Virus record (IMG/VR): IMGVR_UViG_2534682158_000014
DNA from: a virus
Taxonomy: Duplodnaviria; Heunggongvirae; Uroviricota; Caudoviricetes
DNA: 38,748 nt
Strand: one strand, 5' to 3'
Shown in pieces: positions 1 to 8,562 of the stretch. The notes below the pieces were generated by a model. The model did not search any database. It was not told where the DNA came from and worked only from the letters and a program-made list of their open reading frames with translations. Every line of letters begins with the position of its first letter. Position 1 is the first letter of the stretch. Position numbers and translations under genes: made by a program.

Positions 1-846
<846 letters not shown>

Positions 847-973
847 TTTGTTCTCCACGTATATGCGCTGCACCGCGCTGAATTCTGGTAAAAGGAAGTC
901 CTCACCATCCGGCGATTATTGAGTTAATTACGTTTCCATAAATTCCCCCGCAGGGGCATTTGCAGTAATGAAA

Positions 974-1798
974 TCAGGCGGTGAAAGTACCAATAAAGGT
1001 TTCTACTTTGCTGTCTTTGAATTTCTCAACAAGCAGATCACGAAATTCGTTAGCCATTTCTTCCTGCACCGCTTCCAGCTGAATAATGCGCAGAACCAGT
1101 ACAGGACGATCGCCAGTGATAATGCTGAGGCGTAATTTAAATGGACGTTCTTTCAGGCCTTCAAACGGAACGCATTTAAATTCAAATGCCACTGGCATAA
1201 TGTCTTTGGTCTTCGCTTCGACAGACTCCATCAGGGAGCGTTTGCCGCTGAAGTCATTATCTTCAAAATCAGCGGTCTGGTTCGCTTCAATTGTGATTTT
1301 ACGGATAGCCGCCGCCGCTTTGGTTGCCTGAATGGCGTCACCATTAGCATCAAAGCCCACAAGGTAGTCGGCCCAGTCTTCAATCCATTCTGCCAGTGAT
1401 TTCTGGGAGTTACGCTCGCCATTAACAGACAACAGAGCAGAGAACGGTGCTGTCTTTTTCAGTTTGAGAGTGGCGGTGTTATCTGCGTGACCTGGTTCAT
1501 CAATAGTACCCAGGTTAAGCACACTGACGGCACGCATATTATCAGCATCGATAAAGCAGCGGGTGCCTTCATCTGCAAGATCTTTAGAATAACGGGTAAA
1601 GTCATCGATGCTGGCAGTGGAAAGCGCACCACGGAAACGGAAGCGATTTAAATTAAATTTTTCCAGATCATGAATGCGGAAATTCTCAGGCAATGCCACA
1701 GCATCGGCACCAATCTTACTGATAATTTCATTAACACCCTGAGCAGAAATAAGGGCATGGATTTGATTAAATGCGGTTGCGTCTAAGTTTTGAGACAT
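974..1798 (-). CDS. yfdQ: YfdQ-like protein (DUF2303 family), 274 aa
   Basis: N-terminus '[21 protein letters not shown]' and length match my recollection of CPS-53 YfdQ. A GAGGA Shine-Dalgarno precedes the ATG at 1798. Confidence 0.75.
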   Translation of the reverse strand: MSQNLDATAFNQIHALISAQGVNEIISKIGADAVALPENFRIHDLEKFNLNRFRFRGALSTASIDDFTRYSKDLADEGTRCFIDADNMRAVSVLNLGTIDEPGHADNTATLKLKKTAPFSALLSVNGERNSQKSLAEWIEDWADYLVGFDANGDAIQATKAAAAIRKITIEANQTADFEDNDFSGKRSLMESVEAKTKDIMPVAFEFKCVPFEGLKERPFKLRLSIITGDRPVLVLRIIQLEAVQEEMANEFRDLLVEKFKDSKVETFIGTFTA

Positions 1799-1863
1799 AA
1801 TAAGTCCTCACTATATTAAGATATTCAGTGATGAGATAAATAATCGGTTAATTAAGAACGATA

Positions 1864-2226
1864 TTAATGACCTGCTGCGCGGAGTTTTCCGTCAGGTTCA
1901 CCGGCAAGAGTCAGTAATTGTCCCTGGTCTTCCTGCAGAATAGTCAGGCGACCACCGCGATTGACATACATCGGCGTTTCGGTGGTGTCTTCTTCGGAAA
2001 TTTTCCCGCGGTTAGTCGGGCGAACATATGAGAGTTTGTGTTTGATTTTCACACGGTTTTCATCAAATGGTTCGATTTCCAGGTTGAGTGAGACCTTACC
2101 TTTGGTTTTCGTGTTCATCACACCGGAAGCGACTTCACTGAGAACTGCGCCGATTTTGGTTTCAAATACGCCGCCGTCCAGCTCCCCGATAAATGCCTGC
2201 ACATCAGTACTGCGTTCGCTAGCCAT
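1864..2226 (-). CDS. yfdP: YfdP-like hypothetical protein, 120 aa
   Basis: Start chosen at the internal Met 'MASERSTDVQAFIGELDGG' (2224-2226), which is preceded by 'GAGGAGCAGCAAA'. The N-terminal extension in the track ORF (to 2544) is Pro/Arg/Gly-rich and runs through a hairpin-rich region. Confidence 0.65.
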   Translation of the reverse strand: MASERSTDVQAFIGELDGGVFETKIGAVLSEVASGVMNTKTKGKVSLNLEIEPFDENRVKIKHKLSYVRPTNRGKISEEDTTETPMYVNRGGRLTILQEDQGQLLTLAGEPDGKLRAAGH

Positions 2227-2274
2227 TTTGCTGCTCCTCATCATATCGACCCTGCAAGGTCGGTTAGTTTCTCC

Positions 2275-2363
2275 ACAAAACAGAGAAGAACACCTGCGGT
2301 GACTGCCGCCCGGATGGATTGGGTTATGAGCCCGTCGTCCGGTGATGCTCTTCTCTGTTTTGT
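2275..2363. repeat. 18-bp imperfect inverted repeat (17/18 complementary) enclosing a 53-nt GC-rich segment
   Basis: Left arm 'acaaaacagagaagaaca' (2275-2292) and right arm 'tgctcttctctgttttgt' (2346-2363) are complementary apart from one position. It sits within a ~460-nt region that has no convincing ORF. Confidence 0.6.
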
Positions 2364-2629
2364 AAAAAGGACGGTACCAGCCGGAAGCAAGGGTACAAAC
2401 TGGTACCGCCAGGACTACACACAGCATAAAGTTGTGGTGCCGGGTGCCTCCCGGTGCCTGGCGAAGGTTGCACACCAGGCGGGTGGGTATCCACAGAAGG
2501 TCGACTGTCAGCCTCAACCTTAACCCGCGTGCGCTGAGCCGCATTCACCACAACGCTAAGGATTCTCTCTGGTTGAAAATACTTAGCTGTTATGTGCCTG
2601 CTTTTAGCCACATCAGGCGAGGTGGACCT

Positions 2630-2679
2630 GGTTATTCCCCAACAACAAGGATTCGGTTAATCTGGTTATCCCCAACAAC
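2630..2679 (+). repeat. Two direct repeats of a 16-17-nt motif upstream of the 2695 ORF
   Basis: 'ggttattccccaacaac' (2630-2646) and 'ggttatccccaacaac' (2664-2679), 34 nt apart, end 16 nt before the ATG at 2695. Candidate regulator-binding or RNA motif. Confidence 0.55.
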
Positions 2680-2694
2680 GCAAAAGGAAAAGAA

Positions 2695-3129
2695 ATGTCC
2701 GGTAATATCTATACGCTGTACAAATCCCACTGTGAAAATGTTGGAAAGTATCGGGGCATTGAAATCAGTGGGGTAGTGTCATCAGTCGAAATAAGCAAAG
2801 TTGAATCAAGGGCAACATTACTTACTCTTCTGGACCTTGTCTTAAATGAGCACCGGAAGAAATTCGGCACACCCTATAATCAGTTGAATGGGAAAAAGGC
2901 TCTGGTTCACCTTATTCTGATGAAGCATCACTGGATGCCAAAACAGATTAATGAGATGAAATTTGATGAACTTCTTCTTTCAATTCAGGATGAACTCACG
3001 CTTGATAAAATAAGTGTAACCGCCCAGAAATTTTTAGATTATCGAGACTGGAGATCACAAATTCATCACTTTGATGATTTTGACGAAAATGAATGGGATC
3101 CTAATTTGTCTGCACAATATCTAAAGTAA
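2695..3129 (+). CDS. Hypothetical protein, 144 aa, AT-rich accessory gene
   Basis: ATG preceded by 'aaaaggaaaag'. AT-rich codon usage unlike the flanking phage genes. Orientation opposes the leftward early operon and it converges on the 3101..3307 ORF. No domain recognised. Confidence 0.5.
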   Translation: MSGNIYTLYKSHCENVGKYRGIEISGVVSSVEISKVESRATLLTLLDLVLNEHRKKFGTPYNQLNGKKALVHLILMKHHWMPKQINEMKFDELLLSIQDELTLDKISVTAQKFLDYRDWRSQIHHFDDFDENEWDPNLSAQYLK

Positions 3130-3307
3130 CATCCTGTGATAAAACCGTGATTTCCTGATCCAGTTTTTTTAAGGAGTCTATTGTTTCCTGTCGATAAGAC
3201 AGCACTTCACGAAGCTGGTTTATAGCTGCCAGCTTCTTTGTCATCCACTCATAAATTTCCTCATCTGTGTAGCCAGGCGCGACGATTTTTTGTTCTGTTT
3301 TGTGCAT
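3101..3307 (-). CDS. Small hypothetical protein, 68 aa, first gene of the leftward early transcript
   Basis: Internal Met start 'MHKTEQKIVAPGY' is preceded by 'GAGGAGG' with 7-nt spacing. It lies just downstream (leftward) of the OL-like operators. Predicted helical; function unknown. Confidence 0.45.
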   Translation of the reverse strand: MHKTEQKIVAPGYTDEEIYEWMTKKLAAINQLREVLSYRQETIDSLKKLDQEITVLSQDVTLDIVQTN

Positions 3308-3361
3308 TTCACACCTCCTCAAGTTATCAGTTACTTGTTGATGGGGACCAGATTGTTAAAG

Positions 3362-3390
3362 AGCGAAGCGTCCTATAGGGCGCTTTTTTT
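3362..3390 (+). terminator. Intrinsic terminator on the + strand
   Basis: Hairpin 'aagcgtcc-tata-gggcgctt' followed by 'ttttttt'. Likely stops rightward transcripts from the 2695 ORF before the immunity region. Confidence 0.6.
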
Positions 3391-3563
3391 GTTGCTAACG
3401 AATCATCCGGTCATTCATACGCCACCGGCGGCTACTTCGTGGGCGTCCTGCCTGTTCGTTTTTGACATTTACTGACCTCTTACGACACATGCACCGTGCA
3501 CCGTGTTGCAACCAGATTTTGTTGTAATCCTGTAGTTGGTCTGGAACAAAAGATAAAATTAAA

Positions 3564-3600
3564 TTGCGAGATATGCAAGTAATATTTGCGAAATATGCAA
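3564..3600. promoter_or_regulatory. OL-like operator pair, motif TTGCG-N6-GCAA
   Basis: 'ttgcgagatatgcaa' (3564-3578) and 'ttgcgaaatatgcaa' (3586-3600). The same half-site pattern recurs in the cI–cro intergenic region. Confidence 0.55.
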
Positions 3601-3610
3601 AACGGTGGGT

Positions 3611-3634
3611 AATAAAAAGCCACCTTTCGGTGGC
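3611..3634 (-). terminator. Intrinsic terminator downstream of the repressor gene (minus strand)
   Basis: Minus-strand reading 'gccacc-gaaa-ggtggc' followed by 'tttttatt', directly after the repressor stop at 3655-3657. Confidence 0.65.
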
Positions 3635-3654
3635 CGATGGATGGGATATTGAGG

Positions 3655-4347
3655 TTAATTATGTCTCTTAAGGGTTTGCGACTGACTGATTAAGACCTTT
3701 CCAAAGACCATAAATCGGTGTTCGTTTTCGCTAGTAATTCCCCATTCACGGTAAATCTGGTTATCAGAAATCACCAGCAGTTTGTCAGGAATCATTTGAA
3801 GTCTTTTAACGTATATTTTGTCATCAAAACCAAAGACATATATACCATCACCATCAAACTGATTGATGCTGACATCAACGAAGATGAGATCTCCTGGCTC
3901 AATGGTTGGACACATACTGTCCCCACGAACGTTGATAACTTTGATGTGATTGGCTGGTCGTCCGCCGAACATTGATACAGCATTATCAGTTCTGTATTCG
4001 ATGGCATGAATCACATCAATGACATCACCGCCCTGGATAAGGCCATTTCCCGCACTGGCACTGATATCCAGCATTTCAATACGGAACACATCCTTCACCT
4101 GCGCAACATCCTCATTATTACTGTTTTTATATACAGTATTACTTTTGAGGGCAGAGGTAAAGAGATCAGCAATATCAACACCTAAGCTCTTGGCAATATT
4201 ACTCAGTGTTTGTTCGGTAAATTGTTTTTGCTTACCCGTTTCTAAGCGCGAGATGTTCGCCGCATCTACTCCTATTGCTTCAGCGAGATCGGCGATTTTC
4301 ATGTTCTTCGCTTGGCGAAGTTGTCTGACTCGGTTTCCTATGTTCAT
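3655..4347 (-). CDS. cI-type prophage repressor (N-terminal HTH, C-terminal S24/LexA-like autopeptidase)
   Basis: HTH region 'RVRQLRQAKNMKIADLAEAIGVDAANISRLETGK'. C-terminal domain carries 'GDSMCPTIEPGDLIFVD', the Ser-containing S24 peptidase motif. No obvious Shine-Dalgarno before the ATG, so possibly leaderless like lambda cI from pRM. Confidence 0.85.
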   Translation of the reverse strand: MNIGNRVRQLRQAKNMKIADLAEAIGVDAANISRLETGKQKQFTEQTLSNIAKSLGVDIADLFTSALKSNTVYKNSNNEDVAQVKDVFRIEMLDISASAGNGLIQGGDVIDVIHAIEYRTDNAVSMFGGRPANHIKVINVRGDSMCPTIEPGDLIFVDVSINQFDGDGIYVFGFDDKIYVKRLQMIPDKLLVISDNQIYREWGITSENEHRFMVFGKVLISQSQTLKRHN

Positions 4348-4367
4348 GCGTTTATTACATTTCTTTA

Positions 4368-4430
4368 TTGCGTGATAAGCAAATCAACTTGCGCAAAATA
4401 ATTGCGTGAAATAACATGCATAACGCGCAA
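4368..4430. promoter_or_regulatory. OR-like operator cluster and divergent promoters between repressor and cro-like gene
   Basis: 'ttgcgtgataagcaa' (4368-4382) plus overlapping 'ttgcg...cgcaa' dyads through 4430 ('ttgcgcaaaataattgcgtgaaataacatgcataacgcgcaa'). Confidence 0.55.
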
Positions 4431-4444
4431 TATTTGGAGGGTAT

Positions 4445-4705
4445 ATGCAATCACCATTACGAAATGTGCGTAAGGCGCATGGTTTCACTTTGCAGCATGT
4501 TGCTGCGGGTGTTCAAGTCAATCCAGCGACGTTGAGTCGTATTGAGAGGCTGGAGCAGATTCCATCTATCGAACTTGCAGAACGTTTAGCCAATTTTTTT
4601 AAGGGTGAAGTCAGCGAAATGCAGATTCTTTATCCGGCACGTTTTCAATCTAGCCAAAACCAGAATGGGTTTAAACCACAGGAACAGGAGGTAAGCCGTG
4701 GGTAA
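4445..4705 (+). CDS. Cro-like HTH (XRE family) regulator, 86 aa
   Basis: HTH 'FTLQHVAAGVQVNPATLSRIERLEQIPS'. GGAGGG Shine-Dalgarno. Divergent from the repressor gene. Confidence 0.7.
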   Translation: MQSPLRNVRKAHGFTLQHVAAGVQVNPATLSRIERLEQIPSIELAERLANFFKGEVSEMQILYPARFQSSQNQNGFKPQEQEVSRG

Positions 4706-5249
4706 GCATCATTGGAAAGTGGAAAAACAACCTGAGTGGTACGTGAAAGCTGTCAGAAAAACTATCGCGGCATTGCCAGGGGGTTACGCTGAAGCTGCTG
4801 ACTGGCTGGATGTAACAGAGAACGCTTTATTCAACCGCCTTCGTGCAGATGGCGATCAGATTTTCCCGTTGGGATGGGCAATGGTTTTACAGCGTGCTGC
4901 TGGCAATCACCACATTGCGGATGCTGTCGCACAGTCTGCTGGTGGGGTGTTTGTATCACTTCCTGAAATTGAGGAAGTAGAGAACGCCGATATCAACCAG
5001 CGCCTGTTGGAGGTTATTGAACAGATCGGCAGTTATTCAAAACAGATTCGTTCAGCAATTGAAGACGGGGTGGTGGAACCACACGAGCAGGCAGCAATTA
5101 ACGACGAGCTGTACATGTCAATTTCGAAGCTGCAGGAGCATGCAGCACTGGTCTACAAAATCTTTTGCGCTCCAGAAAAGAGTGACGCCCGCGAGTGTGC
5201 AGCTCCGGGCGCCGTGGCGTTTTGTGTCTGTGGAGAAACTAACGCATGA
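4698..5249 (+). CDS. CII-like phage regulatory protein (tentatively CP76 family)
   Basis: GTG start with 'AGGAGG' 6 nt upstream. Position directly after cro. Family assignment is from memory of sequence flavour only. Confidence 0.5.
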   Translation: MGKHHWKVEKQPEWYVKAVRKTIAALPGGYAEAADWLDVTENALFNRLRADGDQIFPLGWAMVLQRAAGNHHIADAVAQSAGGVFVSLPEIEEVENADINQRLLEVIEQIGSYSKQIRSAIEDGVVEPHEQAAINDELYMSISKLQEHAALVYKIFCAPEKSDARECAAPGAVAFCVCGETNA

Positions 5250-5584
5250 ACAGTTTAACAACACACTACCGTCGCTCGCAACTGATTGCGCTTCCTGTAC
5301 CGGGTGGAAAAGCGAAGGTGGAATATTGCTATGCAGTGAATGTACCAGGTGACAGGGAAATTGTAACCCACAGCTTTGCTGAGTGGGCTGTGGGTGATTT
5401 CAACCGGCAGAAGGAGACAGTCCTTTGCGACAAGTTAACCGCTGGTTCAAAGATCACTACGGAGTGCCCGTCAGAGTCATTCGTTGGGAACCGGAAACAC
5501 AACGGGTTATCTACCTCCGCGAAGGCTATGAGCATGAATGCTTCAGTCCGCTCGAACAGTTTCGTCGTAAATTCAGGGAAATAG
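5246..5584 (+). CDS. Hypothetical protein; the 3' half is probably read in the wrong frame (see findings)
   Basis: ATG overlaps the upstream stop (ATGA coupling). From about 5398 a second frame is open to 5604 and gives a more protein-like translation ('[49 protein letters not shown]'). Confidence 0.3.
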   Translation: MNSLTTHYRRSQLIALPVPGGKAKVEYCYAVNVPGDREIVTHSFAEWAVGDFNRQKETVLCDKLTAGSKITTECPSESFVGNRKHNGLSTSAKAMSMNASVRSNSFVVNSGK

Positions 5585-5593
5585 AGGTCGGTC

Positions 5594-6535
5594 ATGAGCA
5601 CTAAATTAACCGGCTATGTATGGGATGGTTGCGCTGCGTCAGGCATGAAGTTATCCAGCGTGGCAATTATGGCCCGCCTGGCTGATTTCAGTAATGACGA
5701 AGGTGTGTGCTGGCCATCAATTGAAACCATTGCCCGCCAGATTGGCGCGGGGATGAGTACCGTCAGAACGGCTATCGCACGACTGGAAGCAGAAGGCTGG
5801 TTAACGCGTAAGGCGCGTCGCCAGGGTAACCGCAATGCGTCGAATGTTTATCAGCTTAACGTTGCGAAGCTTCAGGCAGCGGCATTTTCTCAACTGTCAG
5901 ATTCTGACCCGTCAAAATCTGACGCATCAAAATCTGACCCGTCAAAATTTGATGCGTCGAAATCTGGCAAAAAAGCGGGTTTTCACCCGTCAGAATCTGG
6001 CGGGGATCCGTCAGTAAAATCAAAACATGATCCGTCAGATAAAAAACCTTCTCGTCCGGACGCTTCGCAACCGGACACGCAGACGGCTGAACAGAATTTT
6101 TTAACTCGCCATCCTGATGCGGTTGTATTCAGCCCTAAAAAGCGCCAGTGGGGAACGCAGGATGATTTGACCTGCGCACAGTGGCTCTGGAAAAAAATCA
6201 TCGCCCTGTACGAGCAGGCCGCCGAATTTGACGGCGAGGCGGTACGTCCGAAAGAACCGAACTGGACAGCCTGGGCAAATGAAATTCGCCTGATGTGTGT
6301 ACAGGACGGTCGTACCCACAAACAAATCTGCGAGATGTACAACCGTGTCAGCCGCGACCCGTTCTGGTGCCGTAACGTGCTCAGCCCGTCGAAGCTGCGG
6401 GAAAAATGGGATGAACTTTCCCTGCGCTTATCGCCGTCCGTCAGCACGTACACAGAAAAACGCGAAGACCCGTACTTCAAAGCCAGTTACGACAATGTGG
6501 ACTACAGCCAGATCCCGGCAGGATTCAGGGGGTGA
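5594..6535 (+). CDS. Replication initiator (lambda O-like architecture: N-terminal winged-helix, repeat linker, C-terminal domain)
   Basis: N-terminal 'LSSVAIMARLADFSNDEGVCWPSIETIARQIGAGMSTVRTAIARLEAEGWL' is typical of phage replication-initiator HTH domains. Tandem DNA repeats lie inside the gene, encoding 'SDPSKSDASKSDPSKFDASKS'. Confidence 0.7.
   Translation: MSTKLTGYVWDGCAASGMKLSSVAIMARLADFSNDEGVCWPSIETIARQIGAGMSTVRTAIARLEAEGWLTRKARRQGNRNASNVYQLNVAKLQAAAFSQLSDSDPSKSDASKSDPSKFDASKSGKKAGFHPSESGGDPSVKSKHDPSDKKPSRPDASQPDTQTAEQNFLTRHPDAVVFSPKKRQWGTQDDLTCAQWLWKKIIALYEQAAEFDGEAVRPKEPNWTAWANEIRLMCVQDGRTHKQICEMYNRVSRDPFWCRNVLSPSKLREKWDELSLRLSPSVSTYTEKREDPYFKASYDNVDYSQIPAGFRG
5897..6046. repeat. 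Tandem ~15-bp iteron-like repeats inside the initiator gene (candidate ori)
   Basis: 'ccgtcaaaatctgac' / 'gcatcaaaatctgac' / 'ccgtcaaaatttgat' / 'gcgtcgaaatctgg' / 'ccgtcagaatctgg', and further 'ccgtcag...' copies to about 6046. Confidence 0.6.
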
Positions 6536-6537
6536 TC

Positions 6538-7020
6538 ATGAGCCTTTTGAATGACGTTCAGAAATTCATTGAAGCCCATCCGGGGTGTACTTCCGGAGAC
6601 ATTGCGGATGCTTTTGCAGGTTACTCACGGCAGCGAGTTCTGCAGTCAGCAAGCAAGTTACGTCAGAGTGGGCGTGTGGCTCACCGTTGTGAAGAGGATA
6701 CACGCAGACATTTCCCGCGCCAGGCTGAGATATCGCAGGAGCCGGAACCAGTTTGTGAAACCAGACCTGTGCGCAATTTCTATGTCGGCACTAACGACCC
6801 CCGGGTGATTTTGTGCCTGACCCGCCAGGCTGAAGAACTGGAGTCCAGGGGCTTATTCCGTCGAGCTGCAACGGTGTGGATGGAGGCATTCCGTGAAAGC
6901 CACTCCCAGCCAGAACGAAACAATTTTCTGGCGCGTCGTGAGCGGTGCTTACGGAAAAGCAGCAAGCGCGCTGCATCGGGTGAAGAGTGGTATCTGTCAG
7001 GGAATTACGTGGGGGCTTAA
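6538..7020 (+). CDS. Hypothetical protein, 160 aa, Arg-rich C-terminus
   Basis: ATG at 6538 directly after the initiator stop. No domain recognised with confidence. Confidence 0.45.
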   Translation: MSLLNDVQKFIEAHPGCTSGDIADAFAGYSRQRVLQSASKLRQSGRVAHRCEEDTRRHFPRQAEISQEPEPVCETRPVRNFYVGTNDPRVILCLTRQAEELESRGLFRRAATVWMEAFRESHSQPERNNFLARRERCLRKSSKRAASGEEWYLSGNYVGA

Positions 7021-7346
7021 TGACGACGTTAACTCAATGCCAGCAGCAGGTGCTGGATATGCTGATTTCTTACCAGAAAGAACGTGGCTTCCCGCCAACC
7101 AATCAGGAGGTGGCTACCATGCTGGGATACCGTTCAGTGAATGCAGCGGTGGAGCATCTTCGCGCACTGGAGAAAAAAGGCGTCATCACGATAAAGCGTG
7201 GCGTGGCCCGGGGCATCACGCTTCATACCGCGGTGAAGGACGACGATAGCGAGGCGGCCGGGATTATCCGCGCACTGCTTGCTGGTGAGGAAAACGCCAG
7301 GCCGCGTGCAGCCCACTGGTTACATGAGAGGGGGCTGAAAGTATGA
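7020..7346 (+). CDS. Standalone LexA-type N-terminal DNA-binding domain protein, 108 aa
   Basis: 'QQQVLDMLISYQKERGFPPTNQEVATMLGYRSVNAAVEHLRALEKKGVI' resembles the LexA winged-HTH domain. No S24 peptidase domain follows. Confidence 0.55.
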   Translation: MTTLTQCQQQVLDMLISYQKERGFPPTNQEVATMLGYRSVNAAVEHLRALEKKGVITIKRGVARGITLHTAVKDDDSEAAGIIRALLAGEENARPRAAHWLHERGLKV

Positions 7347-7732
7347 AGCTGATTCTGCCTTTTCCACCCAGCGTGAACACCTACTGGCGACACCCCAACA
7401 AAGGGGCATTTGCTGGTAAGAGCCTGATAAGCGCGGCGGGGCGAAAATTCCAGAGTGCGGCGTGCACAGCAATAGTTGAGCAGTTACGTCGTCTGCCGAA
7501 ACCAACGTCGGCACCTGCTTCAGTGGAGATCGTGTTGTTTCCTCCGGATAACCGGATCCGCGATCTGGACAACTATAACAAGGCGCTGTTTGACGCCCTG
7601 ACCCACGCGGGTGTGTGGGAAGACGACAGCCAGGTGAAAAGAATGCTGGTTGAGTGGGGACCGGTTATCCCGAAAGGGAAGGTCGAGATCACTATCAGTA
7701 AGTACGAGAAAACGGCGGGTGCAGCCGCCTGA
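7343..7732 (+). CDS. rusA: RusA Holliday-junction resolvase
   Basis: 'LPFPPSVNTYWRH...' start and the 'RIRDLDNYNKALFDALTHAGVWEDDSQV' acidic catalytic region typical of RusA. Confidence 0.85.
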   Translation: MKLILPFPPSVNTYWRHPNKGAFAGKSLISAAGRKFQSAACTAIVEQLRRLPKPTSAPASVEIVLFPPDNRIRDLDNYNKALFDALTHAGVWEDDSQVKRMLVEWGPVIPKGKVEITISKYEKTAGAAA

Positions 7733-7751
7733 TCAAGAGGAGAAACGAAGT

Positions 7752-8561
7752 ATGAATAATCTGATGGTCATTGATGGTATTGAAGTTCGTCGTGATGCTT
7801 ATGGGCGTTACAGCCTGAACGATCTGCATCGCGCAGCAGTAGCATCTGGTGCAAATGCCAGAACCAAGGAGCCAGGAAAGTTTCTTTCCAGCCAACAAAC
7901 TGTTGAGCTTGTTCATGAATTGATCAACACCCAGAATTTGGGTGTTGACCCGGTGAGTGTGATTCATGGGGGAAATGAACGGGGAACGTATGTCTGTAAG
8001 GAACTGGTGTATGCCTATGCAATGTGGATCAGCCCGTCATTCCATCTGAAGGTGATCCGTACTTTCGACATGGTAACCAGCGCACCGGAAAAATTATCCG
8101 GACAGGCTGCTGACAAGATGCAGGCTGGAGTGATTCTGCTGGACTTTATGCGTCGGGAGTTAAACCTGTCTAACTCATCTGTGCTTGGAGCCTGTCAGAA
8201 ACTCCAGGAGGCTGTTGGCTTACCGAATCTGGCACCGCGCTATGCCATTGATGCTCCTGCTGATGCACACGATGGCTCAAGTCGCCCCACGCTGTCGCTG
8301 AGTGCACTGCTGAAGCAGTATGGTATCCGCCTGACGGCTAATCAGGCATATCACCAGATGGTGAAGCTGGGGATCGTTGAACAACGCGAACGATACAGCC
8401 GTACCGCGATTAACAACATCAAAAAATTCTGGTCGCTGACAGCGAAAGGCTGCATGTTCGGCAAGAACATCACCAGTCCCGCAAATCCGCGCGAGACGCA
8501 GCCGCATTTCTTCGAATCCCGATTCCCTGAGCTGTTAAAGCTGCTCGATACCGTTCATTGA
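7752..8561 (+). CDS. KilA-N domain protein
   Basis: N-terminal 'MVIDGIEVRRDAYGRYSLNDLHRAAVASG' is KilA-N/APSES-type. Start at the internal ATG preceded by 'AGAGGAG'. Confidence 0.65.
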   Translation: MNNLMVIDGIEVRRDAYGRYSLNDLHRAAVASGANARTKEPGKFLSSQQTVELVHELINTQNLGVDPVSVIHGGNERGTYVCKELVYAYAMWISPSFHLKVIRTFDMVTSAPEKLSGQAADKMQAGVILLDFMRRELNLSNSSVLGACQKLQEAVGLPNLAPRYAIDAPADAHDGSSRPTLSLSALLKQYGIRLTANQAYHQMVKLGIVEQRERYSRTAINNIKKFWSLTAKGCMFGKNITSPANPRETQPHFFESRFPELLKLLDTVH

Positions 8562-8562
8562 G

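Noticed and set aside
2275-2363. Retron msr/msd (the inverted repeat resembles a1/a2)
   Set aside because: No reverse-transcriptase ORF anywhere nearby, and the enclosed segment (53 nt) is too short for msr plus msd.
1864-2544. The long 226-aa version of the yfdP-like ORF
   Set aside because: The N-terminal 106 residues are low-complexity and run through the hairpin region. The internal ATG at 2226 has a GAGGAG Shine-Dalgarno and restores a compact protein.
2630-2679. Possible CRISPR-like or type III antitoxin repeat array
   Set aside because: Only two copies of a 16-17-nt repeat, no spacer-like regularity and no cas or toxin hallmark next to it. Kept as a plain direct repeat.
2299-2776. 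Track ORFs 2299..2523, 2324..2611 and 2432..2776 as protein-coding genes
   Set aside because: Translations are Pro/Arg/Gly-rich with no start context and overlap one another on both strands. They look like the chance products of a GC-rich structured region.
5017-5352. Track ORF 5017..5352 (111 aa)
   Set aside because: It lies out of frame inside the CII-like gene and has a Cys/Ser/Thr-rich composition; judged a shadow ORF.
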